DNA of 64,000 bases from Candidatus Finniella inopinata (GTDB lineage Bacteria > Pseudomonadota > Alphaproteobacteria > Paracaedibacterales > VGCI01), in the NCBI GenBank assembly GCA_945877185.1, contig CAMCRD010000001.1, positions 9,256 through 73,255 of the forward strand, given 5' to 3'. A program made the translations under genes and the position numbers. Under the pieces are notes generated by a model. That model ran no database searches, was not told where the DNA came from, and saw nothing but the letters and a program-made list of their open reading frames with translations. Each line of letters opens with the position of its first letter. Positions within the stretch are counted from its first letter, which is position 1. Shown here piece by piece: positions 1 through 8,004 of the stretch.

Positions 1-16
1 CTTTGCGAACGCCTGC

Positions 17-1333
17 ATGGCCATTGGCCATGCGCCCAACGACGTAAGCGTTGCTCCAAAGGTAAAGAATTTAGAGAACACAGTTTACTATGAAATTTCT
101 AACTTAATAGAGGACCACCCAAACCGTGGAGAAATGAAAGCCGCTGTTTTCTTTTCCCAAAAACCAAATTTAGAAGAAAAAGAGCATATTAAGGATATAT
201 TTATTAAAAACTTTGCAAATAGTATAATTAAGAGAGCAATGCGTATAAATTCACAAATTAAACCTTCTGATAACGATAGATTTTATTCTTATATAGAAAT
301 GATAGTAAGTTATCTTGAAGACGATATCACGGACAATAAATTATATGATTTTTCTAAAAGTGACTTTAAAGCTATCATGTCAGAAACATATAAAATTTCT
401 GAAAGTGAAAAAGAACCAATAAAAAATTTACTGTTTACTGAGCTCAAAAAAATATTTTCCAAACACGATATATTTAGCCTAAAAGAAATAGGAAAAGAAT
501 ATTACTTCGAAGTGCCTATGTTTATGATAGATAAACGTGGCAGAACAAGCCAAGACCCAACCGTATTAGAAAATTTCAATGACCTATTAACGAATGTACC
601 TCTTGTTGAGAATAGCTTTATTATCGAGAACAAGCACCATTCCATAACCACAGGTATGACAACAGATACGGTTAATATCAGCCACGACTCAGCTTTTATG
701 GATAATTTGTATAAAAAAATCAACCAAATTAGAAACTTAAAACAAAATTGGAATCCGAGTGAAGAGCCCTTTATAATTCTATGGGATACAACCATGGAAA
801 TTGACAAAGGGCCCTGCTATTATTTAATGGATAAATTACGCGAGGAAATTGAATCTGGAAAAGTTATTTTTCTCTTATTCAAAAGCTTACAAAAATATGC
901 CAATTTAGGTATTGGAAAAACTAAAGCTGGTGTGGTGACATTAGTTGGGAAAAAGACACCCATAGTAGAAAATATAAACAATAAGCTAGCAGGTTATGGA
1001 AAGGATGTCTTTTCCCATAGCCACGAATATGCCCTAATGACTTTTTTTTATGACCCATTCAAGCAGCAAGATAATGAAGTGCTTTATTATCAAGCCACCC
1101 AAAAAAACGCCCAGAAGATATATAATTCAGATCCGACTAAGTACACAATATCAAGTGGTTGCTTATTTACCAGTGAAGATCCAACTAAGACGGGGATGCC
1201 TTACTCAGATACCTTTGGTTTTGCGATACCAACAGTAGCACCCCTTAGGGATCTTTCCCGCTACTCCGTAGGTCTAAACCCGAAGGGTCTTGAGCGAGGG
1301 ACGGAACAAATTGTCATGGATCGTGAGAATTAA
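17..1333 (+). CDS. hypothetical protein, AT-rich accessory gene (possibly 5'-truncated by the window edge)
   Basis: 438-aa ORF. The frame stays open upstream of the first ATG to position 2, so the true start may lie outside the window. No clear family. Only a weak pattern resemblance to fold-type-I PLP enzymes (VIFLLFKSLQKY..GKTKAGVV and C-terminal RYSVGLNPK). Confidence 0.5.
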   Translation: MAIGHAPNDVSVAPKVKNLENTVYYEISNLIEDHPNRGEMKAAVFFSQKPNLEEKEHIKDIFIKNFANSIIKRAMRINSQIKPSDNDRFYSYIEMIVSYLEDDITDNKLYDFSKSDFKAIMSETYKISESEKEPIKNLLFTELKKIFSKHDIFSLKEIGKEYYFEVPMFMIDKRGRTSQDPTVLENFNDLLTNVPLVENSFIIENKHHSITTGMTTDTVNISHDSAFMDNLYKKINQIRNLKQNWNPSEEPFIILWDTTMEIDKGPCYYLMDKLREEIESGKVIFLLFKSLQKYANLGIGKTKAGVVTLVGKKTPIVENINNKLAGYGKDVFSHSHEYALMTFFYDPFKQQDNEVLYYQATQKNAQKIYNSDPTKYTISSGCLFTSEDPTKTGMPYSDTFGFAIPTVAPLRDLSRYSVGLNPKGLERGTEQIVMDREN

Positions 1334-1394
1334 TTTCATCAAAGCGATTTATTTGTCCCTAACGGAGGCCAAGATAAAGCCTTTAGTTGTAATA

Positions 1395-2252
1395 TTAAAG
1401 TCCCAATTCTTCCAAAATCTTTTCTGCTTGAGCAGCCGTTACGCCCATATTGGCGTGAAGGTGGCTCGCCATTTCAGTATGGGTCGGGCTTATCCCTCCC
1501 TTACTCCGCTTTAACTCCATGACAAGCTCCCCTGCCCGAACGAGATGTCCTGAGTTTGGTTCCCATTCCGGTACTGGTACGACCGATGGCTGAATGACTG
1601 CTTGAGGAACTGCAGGCTGTGAAGCAGCAGCCGCTTGTTGTCGTCTCGCTGTTTCTTCTGCATGGGTGCGAAGAGACTCTTGAGTAGCTCGCTCAATTTG
1701 TCGCGCCTCTTCAGCGGCTCTTTCCTGGCGACGAGCTTCTTCACGCGCATGCGTCGCTAAAGAATTTTGTCTAGCCTGTTCAAGTTGACGCGCCTCTTCG
1801 GCGGCTCTTTCCTGACGACGCCTTTGTTCACTTGCTTGGGTGGCTAAAGAGTTTTGTCTCGCTTGTTCAAGTTGAGCGGCTTCCGTTGCCTGACGATTTA
1901 AGTCATCTTGACCACGATTATATCCTTTCTGCTGAACAGGCGGCAAAACATTCGCTTGTGCGCGATGAATATCCCTGCGTTGGGCTGGTGGATTTACCAG
2001 ATAGGGAGGGGAGGGTTGATTGGCAGAAGCCCTTTGAAAACGATTATTATTTTCAATAATTCTCTGCTGTTGCTCAGCCCTCTGTTGCTGTTCGATCTTG
2101 AGTTGTTCGATCTTGAGTTCTTCAATTTGAGCTTTCCTCACGGATTGTTCAAAGATTGACTCTTGCCTTTGATTCAGGGATGTGGGGCATCCCGTCACGA
2201 TGAGGGGCAATGGTAAAATCAACATGGCTTTCAAGATTTTTGAATACTGCAT
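1395..2252 (-). CDS. lipoprotein with charged 29-aa tandem repeats and a C-terminal domain shared with the neighbouring lipoprotein
   Basis: The N-terminus MQYSKILKAMLILPLPLIVTGC has a signal peptide plus lipobox (VTGC). It contains three EEARQLEQARQNSLAT..RRQERAA repeats. The C-terminal ~58 aa are paralogous to the C-terminus of ORF 2366..2824. Confidence 0.7.
   Translation of the reverse strand: MQYSKILKAMLILPLPLIVTGCPTSLNQRQESIFEQSVRKAQIEELKIEQLKIEQQQRAEQQQRIIENNNRFQRASANQPSPPYLVNPPAQRRDIHRAQANVLPPVQQKGYNRGQDDLNRQATEAAQLEQARQNSLATQASEQRRRQERAAEEARQLEQARQNSLATHAREEARRQERAAEEARQIERATQESLRTHAEETARRQQAAAASQPAVPQAVIQPSVVPVPEWEPNSGHLVRAGELVMELKRSKGGISPTHTEMASHLHANMGVTAAQAEKILEELGL
1626..1886. 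repeat. 3 x 87-bp in-frame tandem repeat inside the lipoprotein gene
   Basis: Residues 123-209 of the 285-aa product form three consecutive 29-aa units: TEAAQLEQARQNSLATQASEQRRRQERAA, EEARQLEQARQNSLATHAREEARRQERAA and EEARQIERATQESLRTHAEETARRQQAAA. The DNA similarity is visible directly. Confidence 0.8.
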
Positions 2253-2365
2253 GAGAATGTCCTCTTATGAAAAAATGTTTGTGCAATAAAGCCCCTCCTT
2301 GACTCTGTAATTTTATACCGAAGAAAAAGGGGGGGTTTTGGATATCTAACTCTTCTTAAAAGTCC

Positions 2366-2824
2366 TTAGAGTCCCAATTCTTCCAAGACCTTTTCTGCTT
2401 GAACAGCCGTTACGCCCATATTGGGAAAACGTTTCATGTTGGCTTGAAGGTATTGGGCCATTTCCTCATGGCTCGGGTTTATCCCATGCTTGCTCCTCTT
2501 CAATTCCATAACAAGGTCACCAGCGTAAACAAGGTGGCCTTCGGATGGAAACCAAGCAGGATCCATTTCCATCGGCGTACAATGGCCAGTGAACGACTGA
2601 GGCAATGCTGAAGAAGGAATAGCAGCAGGCTCTTGTGGGCACCCACAATCCTCAGAAGCTTTAGGTTTTGGTGCAACAGAGGGAGCACCCGTTGTCGCAG
2701 ATGGTGGAGCAACTACCGGAGGCGGAGGTGGTGCATAAAAATTATCCGAATCTTCACCAAAAAATCCATTACATCCTGCTAGAGTCAGAGGAAGAGCAAC
2801 GGCCAAAACTTTTGAAATACGCAT
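2366..2824 (-). CDS. small proline-rich lipoprotein sharing a C-terminal domain with ORF 1395..2252
   Basis: MRISKVLAVALPLTLAGC has a signal peptide plus lipobox (LAGC), followed by a PPPPPVVAPP linker. The C-terminus GHLVYAGDLVMELKRSKHGINPSHEEMAQYLQANM..GVTAVQAEKVLEELGL aligns with GHLVRAGELVMELKRSKGGISPTHTEMASHLHANMGVTAAQAEKILEELGL. Confidence 0.7.
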   Translation of the reverse strand: MRISKVLAVALPLTLAGCNGFFGEDSDNFYAPPPPPVVAPPSATTGAPSVAPKPKASEDCGCPQEPAAIPSSALPQSFTGHCTPMEMDPAWFPSEGHLVYAGDLVMELKRSKHGINPSHEEMAQYLQANMKRFPNMGVTAVQAEKVLEELGL

Positions 2825-2999
2825 AGAACCATCCTTATTTTAATATTATTTTTGTATAATTTTATATCCTTTCTTGCTTTACCTGTTTTAGAAAAAAATG
2901 ACAAGGGCTTATCTTTTTTTAGAGCTTATCTTCTTTTAATGAAAAAACACGTCAAAGGTCTTTCCCATCTTTAAACACGCAACATCTCCAGCTAAGCGT

Positions 3000-5249
3000 T
3001 TGCCTGTTGCGGTCTCCTTGGCAACCCTGCTATCAATGGGGAAGAAAATTGTGATTGGAAATGATAAACCTGTGTCTCACTCTGTTGCTGTACCTTATCC
3101 CATGACGCCATCTTATCTTGATGCTTTAAATGCAGAACAACGGGTTGCCGTTGAATCGATCAATGGTCCTGTCCTGATTTTGGCGGGTGCTGGCACGGGA
3201 AAAACACGTGTTTTAACCACCCGCATGGCGCACATATTATCTTGTGGCCTCGCTTATCCATCCCAAATCTTAGCGGTAACCTTTACAAACAAAGCGGCCG
3301 CAGAAATGCGTGAACGTGTGGGGGTTTTGCTCAATCAACCCACGGAAGGATTATGGCTGGGCACATTCCATGCCATCGCCGTTCGAATTTTGCGCCGCCA
3401 TGCCGAAGTGGTTGGCTTGAAGCCAAACTTCACAATTTTAGATATGGATGACCAACAACGGCTCATCAAACAAATTCTGAAAGCTGAAAATATTGATGAA
3501 GGGAAAAACCCACCCCGGATGGTTGCGTCGGTCATCAGCCAGAAGAAAGACCGCGTTGAATTTGCGCAAACCCTGGATCAAATTCCGGCACGTAATTGGC
3601 TTGATCGGATTTATAGCCTCTACCAAGATCGCCTCAAAACTCTGAATGCTGTGGATTTTGGGGATCTTCTTTTATATTGCATTCATCTTTTTCAAAATCA
3701 CCATGAGATTTTAAAAACCTATCAAGAACAATTTCATTACATCATGGTTGATGAGTACCAAGACACCAACGTCGCGCAATATTTATGGCTGCGCCTCCTC
3801 GCCCAAGGACACAATAACATCTGCTGTGTCGGGGATGATGACCAATCCATTTATGGATGGCGTGGAGCCGAAATCGGAAATATTTTGCGATTTGAAAAAG
3901 ACTTCCCTGGCGCCACGATCATTCGCCTGGAACAAAATTATCGCTCAACCACCCATATCCTTGGGGCGGCATCCGGTCTCATTGAGAAAAACAAGGGACG
4001 CTTAGGCAAAACCCTTTGGACGGAAACAGATGGCGGTGAGAGAGTCCTGATCCGGGGCACATGGGATTCAGAAGACGAAGCGCGTTTCATTGGCGATGAG
4101 GTGGAAGCTGCCCAACGTCAAGGCATTCTCCTGGCTAAAATGGCCGTATTGGTGCGCGCAGGGTATCAAACCCGCGAATTTGAAGATCGGTTTTTGACCT
4201 TGGGCATTCCTTATAGAGTTATTGGAGGCTTACGGTTTTATGAACGCCAGGAAATCCGGGATGCCATGGCCTATATGCGCCTTGTGAGCCAACCCGATGA
4301 CGGCCTGGCCTTTGAGCGCATCATCAATACCCCCCGGCGGGGCATTGGGGCAACCACGCTGCAATTGATCCACACCTATGCACGGGAGAACGGCGTTTCC
4401 TTGCCCCAGGCTGCGCGTCTGCTGTGTGAAACAGAATCCATTCGAGGAGCTGCCCGAACCGCCTTACGGACTTTTTTCCTTGATCTGGACCGCTGGCGGG
4501 ATTCTCTTCAAAACGAACACCATGTCACGGTCACAAAGATGGTTTTGGATGAATCTGGCTACACGGGCATGTGGCGGGCGGACAAATCCCCAGACGCCCC
4601 GGGACGCCTGGAAAACCTTAAAGAATTGATTCGCGCCCTTGAAGAATTTGATACCTTGGGAAGCTTTTTAGAACACGTCAGTCTGGTCATGGATACCACT
4701 AAGCAAGCGCAAGCGGATATGATCATGATTATGACCCTCCATGCCGCCAAGGGGCTTGAATTTGATACGGTCTTTCTCTCCGGCTGGGAAGAGGGCTTGT
4801 TTCCTCACCCCCGTGCGCTTGATGAAAAAGGGCAAGAGGGGCTGGAGGAAGAACGGCGCTTAGCCTATGTTGGCATCACCCGCGCCCAGCGCAAAGCCAT
4901 TATTACCTTTGCCCTCAATCGCCGGACATACCAGGGATGGCAGCATATGCTCCCTTCCCGGTTTATCAAAGAGTTGCCGACAGATCATACGATATTGATT
5001 CAGCCCAATGGCAATCAGCTCACAGCCCCCTCCTCGTTGCCTCGTCCTTCGGCGACTACGGCATTTACCGATGCAGAGTTTTCAGACGTTCCGTTGCGGC
5101 CTTACCATAGCCATCGTACCCAAGATCGCGTCTTTCACCAAAAATTTGGCTATGGCCGCATCATCGCTATCAATGGAGAACAGCTCGAAATTGACTTTGA
5201 AGCAGCAGGTGTTAAAAAAGTCATGGCTGACTTTGTTGAAAAGGAATAA
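3000..5249 (+). CDS. uvrD: UvrD/Rep/PcrA-family DNA helicase II
   Basis: Walker A LILAGAGTGKTRVLT, DEYQDTN (helicase motif II), QNYRST, and a full-length UvrD-like layout. The ORF-track start at 3000 is TTG, and an ATG at 3036 is an alternative start. Confidence 0.9.
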   Translation: MPVAVSLATLLSMGKKIVIGNDKPVSHSVAVPYPMTPSYLDALNAEQRVAVESINGPVLILAGAGTGKTRVLTTRMAHILSCGLAYPSQILAVTFTNKAAAEMRERVGVLLNQPTEGLWLGTFHAIAVRILRRHAEVVGLKPNFTILDMDDQQRLIKQILKAENIDEGKNPPRMVASVISQKKDRVEFAQTLDQIPARNWLDRIYSLYQDRLKTLNAVDFGDLLLYCIHLFQNHHEILKTYQEQFHYIMVDEYQDTNVAQYLWLRLLAQGHNNICCVGDDDQSIYGWRGAEIGNILRFEKDFPGATIIRLEQNYRSTTHILGAASGLIEKNKGRLGKTLWTETDGGERVLIRGTWDSEDEARFIGDEVEAAQRQGILLAKMAVLVRAGYQTREFEDRFLTLGIPYRVIGGLRFYERQEIRDAMAYMRLVSQPDDGLAFERIINTPRRGIGATTLQLIHTYARENGVSLPQAARLLCETESIRGAARTALRTFFLDLDRWRDSLQNEHHVTVTKMVLDESGYTGMWRADKSPDAPGRLENLKELIRALEEFDTLGSFLEHVSLVMDTTKQAQADMIMIMTLHAAKGLEFDTVFLSGWEEGLFPHPRALDEKGQEGLEEERRLAYVGITRAQRKAIITFALNRRTYQGWQHMLPSRFIKELPTDHTILIQPNGNQLTAPSSLPRPSATTAFTDAEFSDVPLRPYHSHRTQDRVFHQKFGYGRIIAINGEQLEIDFEAAGVKKVMADFVEKE

Positions 5250-5259
5250 GAATTCAAAA

Positions 5260-6132
5260 ATGTTTTGGAGAGTTTTTTTTCATTGTAATCCGACCCTTGC
5301 TTCTGACCTTGGAAGCGCTTTAGAAGATCACGTTTCTGCAGTCTCCTGGTTTGAAACCAAAGATTCAAATTTTTGGGTGGTCGAAGCGATCACAACAACA
5401 GAGCCGGATCGGGATGAATTCACCCATATCCTCGGCACGGCTTGCACGAAACTAAACATACCTGTCCCCTCCCTGATCATTGAAGAGCTGCCCGAAACAG
5501 ATTGGCTGGAAGCCACCTGGCGGAACTTCCCCCCCCGACAAATCGGGCGTTATTACGTCTATGGAAGCCATACAGATCCAAAACCACCGGAAGGGTCTGT
5601 AATCCTTGAAATTAATGCTGCAACAGCTTTTGGATCTGGTGAGCATGAGACGACGACAACCTGCCTTCTGACCCTGGATGATTTGGCAAGAGAAGGCCAC
5701 CTATTTCAAAAACCAATAGACATGGGGTGTGGCTCAGGCATTTTAGGTATTGCCATTGCAAAGACATGGAATATACCTGTTGTTGCCGCAGATAACGATC
5801 CAGAATCTGTACGCGTTGCCACAAATAATGCAGCCCTCAACCATTGTGACGCGGTCTTCAGCGCTTATTTAAGTGAGGGATTTGAGAATCCGGACCTTCA
5901 AGCCGAGGGATCTTATGACCTCATTGTTGCCAATATTTTAGCAACCCCTCTCATTGAAATGGCTCCTTCTCTATCGCGTGCCCTTACGCCAAAGGGCTTG
6001 GTGATTTTATCAGGATTGCTAAGCCGCCACCGAGACGACATTGTTAGAGCTTATCAGGCAGAAGGTGTGCGCCTCGTCAGTCACCGAACCTTGAATGACT
6101 GGGAAGCCTTGTTGTTGAAAAAGTCGAAATAG
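5260..6132 (+). CDS. prmA: ribosomal protein L11 methyltransferase
   Basis: SAM-binding motif DMGCGSGILGIA, FGSGEHETT, and PrmA-like length (291 aa from the ATG at 5260). The longer ORF from 5008 overlaps the uvrD 3' end and is rejected. Confidence 0.85.
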   Translation: MFWRVFFHCNPTLASDLGSALEDHVSAVSWFETKDSNFWVVEAITTTEPDRDEFTHILGTACTKLNIPVPSLIIEELPETDWLEATWRNFPPRQIGRYYVYGSHTDPKPPEGSVILEINAATAFGSGEHETTTTCLLTLDDLAREGHLFQKPIDMGCGSGILGIAIAKTWNIPVVAADNDPESVRVATNNAALNHCDAVFSAYLSEGFENPDLQAEGSYDLIVANILATPLIEMAPSLSRALTPKGLVILSGLLSRHRDDIVRAYQAEGVRLVSHRTLNDWEALLLKKSK

Positions 6133-6236
6133 CATATTATTCTTCTTTTAATAAGATCCCTTTCTTAATAATAAATTAAGCAATAAAATGCTACTTTTCA
6201 AAAGGGGCTTTCTTTGTCAATCAACAGGAGTAAAAC

Positions 6237-7883
6237 ATGGCACAACCCTCTTTTTTAAAATCATTATTGGTAATGGGTCTTGTAATAGGAAATGCAGCTT
6301 TCTCCTATGGCATGGACTCCCCTGGTACAAAGGAACTTCGTACGCGGTTTTATCAAAAAAATGGCTTTATTCTTTCTGAACCGACTCTATTTACTGACGA
6401 AAGAGATTTCCCAGGAAATGATCCAGATCTTAAAGAGCTAAGCCGCACAACAATTCGGGATGGGCTCATTTATGACAGCAAAAATAATTTATTAGATACA
6501 GAAGGGGCCCCCTATATTTATGCCCTCAATCATGACGGAACGCTATACACAAGCTCACAATCTGGAGGAAAACACCACTCTTATTTCCTCAAATCAAAAC
6601 CTGAAAAAATGGGATATGGTATTGGGAAAAATGTCGCTTGTGCTGGCCACATTATAGCAAAACAAGGAAAAATTATCTCTATAGATAACAGTAGTGGACA
6701 TTATCTGCCTATAGAAGACCAGTTTAAAATTACCGTACAATTTCTACACAATAAAGGGGTTTTGGATCCAAACATCAGCCTTACGCTACGAGAACCAGAT
6801 TATGAAGGGGGAGGAAGCAAAAAAACTTCCCTAGAATCAATGATGGGTGAAAACATAGAAGCAATCCTTGCGCCCTATCCCATTGCAACCAAACGTACCC
6901 ATGAATACATAGAAGCCCAAAGAGAGAAAGAAAAAGCATTCCAATTAATAGTCGAACAATTGCAGCCTCATTGCGCCCAAGCATTCTTAAAAAAGCCCCT
7001 CACTGATTTATTTGCCAACTTTCACAGCCCTTCCTCAAAAGGAAAAGTTGATCTGGGAGAGATAACGTTAGAAAACAGGCAATGGAAAGCATTGCTAATC
7101 AATTATCATGGCGATTTACCAGATTCCATCATACAAGCACCGCCGACCGCATTTAGCTGGACGAATAGGGTAACCTCCGAGCCTTTAGTAACAAATATTC
7201 AAGAAGGCGTTGTAACACGCCATGCGACGTGTTCTTATTCAATTTTGCACACGCCCGAACCCCAAAAAATATTCGGCTTTTATTTAATTCCTATAGACGC
7301 GAATAATTTCAAAGAAAAAGAAAAAGAAAATCAAGAGCATAAGCCATTTAAAGAGGGAAATATAAGCCATTCCGTAAGCATGGATTCCCCCCACATGGCA
7401 GAGAGCTTCAAGAGCGGAAACACGAACCAAGAACACAGGCAGGTTAAAGATATTCATATAAAAAGCCCAGCAACTTTAGCAAATTTGAACCACCGTATTC
7501 CAGAAGAGATAAGGAAAAAAGACCCCGTTAAATCGCTTCATGCTTTGTACGCAGAATTAAAATCCCTCAATCCAGATGAAGCAAAAAAATATGAGAGAGA
7601 TGTTCAAGGGAATGATGTAAGCAATATAGCAATCTTCGCAAACATGTCCCACGATCTCACACAAACCTATAGTATTAAAATGTGGGCTCAGATAGAAGAA
7701 AACCCTGTTAAAGCGCTCCATGCCTTGTATGCGGAATTAGAATCTCTCAATCCAGATGAAGCAGCAAAATATGAGAGAGAAGTTCAAGGGAATGATGTAA
7801 GCAATATAGCAATCTTCGCAAACATGTCTCACGACATTATGCAAGCTCGTACTCTCATCATTTCAAGCTACTTTCCCTATTAA
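6237..7883 (+). CDS. secreted hypothetical protein with a duplicated ~46-aa C-terminal module
   Basis: N-terminal signal-like MAQPSFLKSLLVMGLVIGNAAFSYG. A conserved-looking block GGKHHSYFL...VACAGHIIAKQGKIISIDNSSGHYLP. Two near-identical C-terminal modules PVK(S/A)LHALYAEL(K/E)SLNPDEA.KYER.VQGNDVSNIAIFANMSHD. Confidence 0.7.
   Translation: MAQPSFLKSLLVMGLVIGNAAFSYGMDSPGTKELRTRFYQKNGFILSEPTLFTDERDFPGNDPDLKELSRTTIRDGLIYDSKNNLLDTEGAPYIYALNHDGTLYTSSQSGGKHHSYFLKSKPEKMGYGIGKNVACAGHIIAKQGKIISIDNSSGHYLPIEDQFKITVQFLHNKGVLDPNISLTLREPDYEGGGSKKTSLESMMGENIEAILAPYPIATKRTHEYIEAQREKEKAFQLIVEQLQPHCAQAFLKKPLTDLFANFHSPSSKGKVDLGEITLENRQWKALLINYHGDLPDSIIQAPPTAFSWTNRVTSEPLVTNIQEGVVTRHATCSYSILHTPEPQKIFGFYLIPIDANNFKEKEKENQEHKPFKEGNISHSVSMDSPHMAESFKSGNTNQEHRQVKDIHIKSPATLANLNHRIPEEIRKKDPVKSLHALYAELKSLNPDEAKKYERDVQGNDVSNIAIFANMSHDLTQTYSIKMWAQIEENPVKALHALYAELESLNPDEAAKYEREVQGNDVSNIAIFANMSHDIMQARTLIISSYFPY
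7521..7838. repeat. two ~138-bp direct repeats at 180-bp period (coding, within ORF 6237..7883)
   Basis: 7521..7658 and 7701..7838 are near-identical at DNA level (…gttaaa.cgct.catgc.ttgta.gc.gaatta.aatc.ctcaatccagatgaagca…gcaatatagcaatcttcgcaaacatgtc.cacga). Confidence 0.85.
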
Positions 7884-7907
7884 TCCATTGACCAGGATAC
7901 AAGAAAT

Positions 7908-7938
7908 GCGATGAAAAGTGTCTTACACCTTTCATCGC
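7908..7938. terminator. hairpin between convergent genes (possible bidirectional terminator)
   Basis: gcgatgaaaagtg-tctta-cacctttcatcgc forms a 13-bp stem with one mismatch. It lies between the stop of ORF 6237..7883 (+) and the stop of the helicase gene (-). No strong T-run follows, so confidence is low. Confidence 0.35.
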
Positions 7939-8004
7939 GCATCCTTAATAATTTGGCGCATTAAATTATTTTCTAAAAAAGTGAGAAGTTTCTCCCCTCA
8001 ACTT

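Noticed and set aside
5008-5259. 5' extension of the prmA ORF (ORF track 5008..6132)
   Set aside because: It overlaps the uvrD 3' end in another frame and has no PrmA similarity. The ATG at 5260, just after the uvrD stop, gives a normal PrmA N-terminus.
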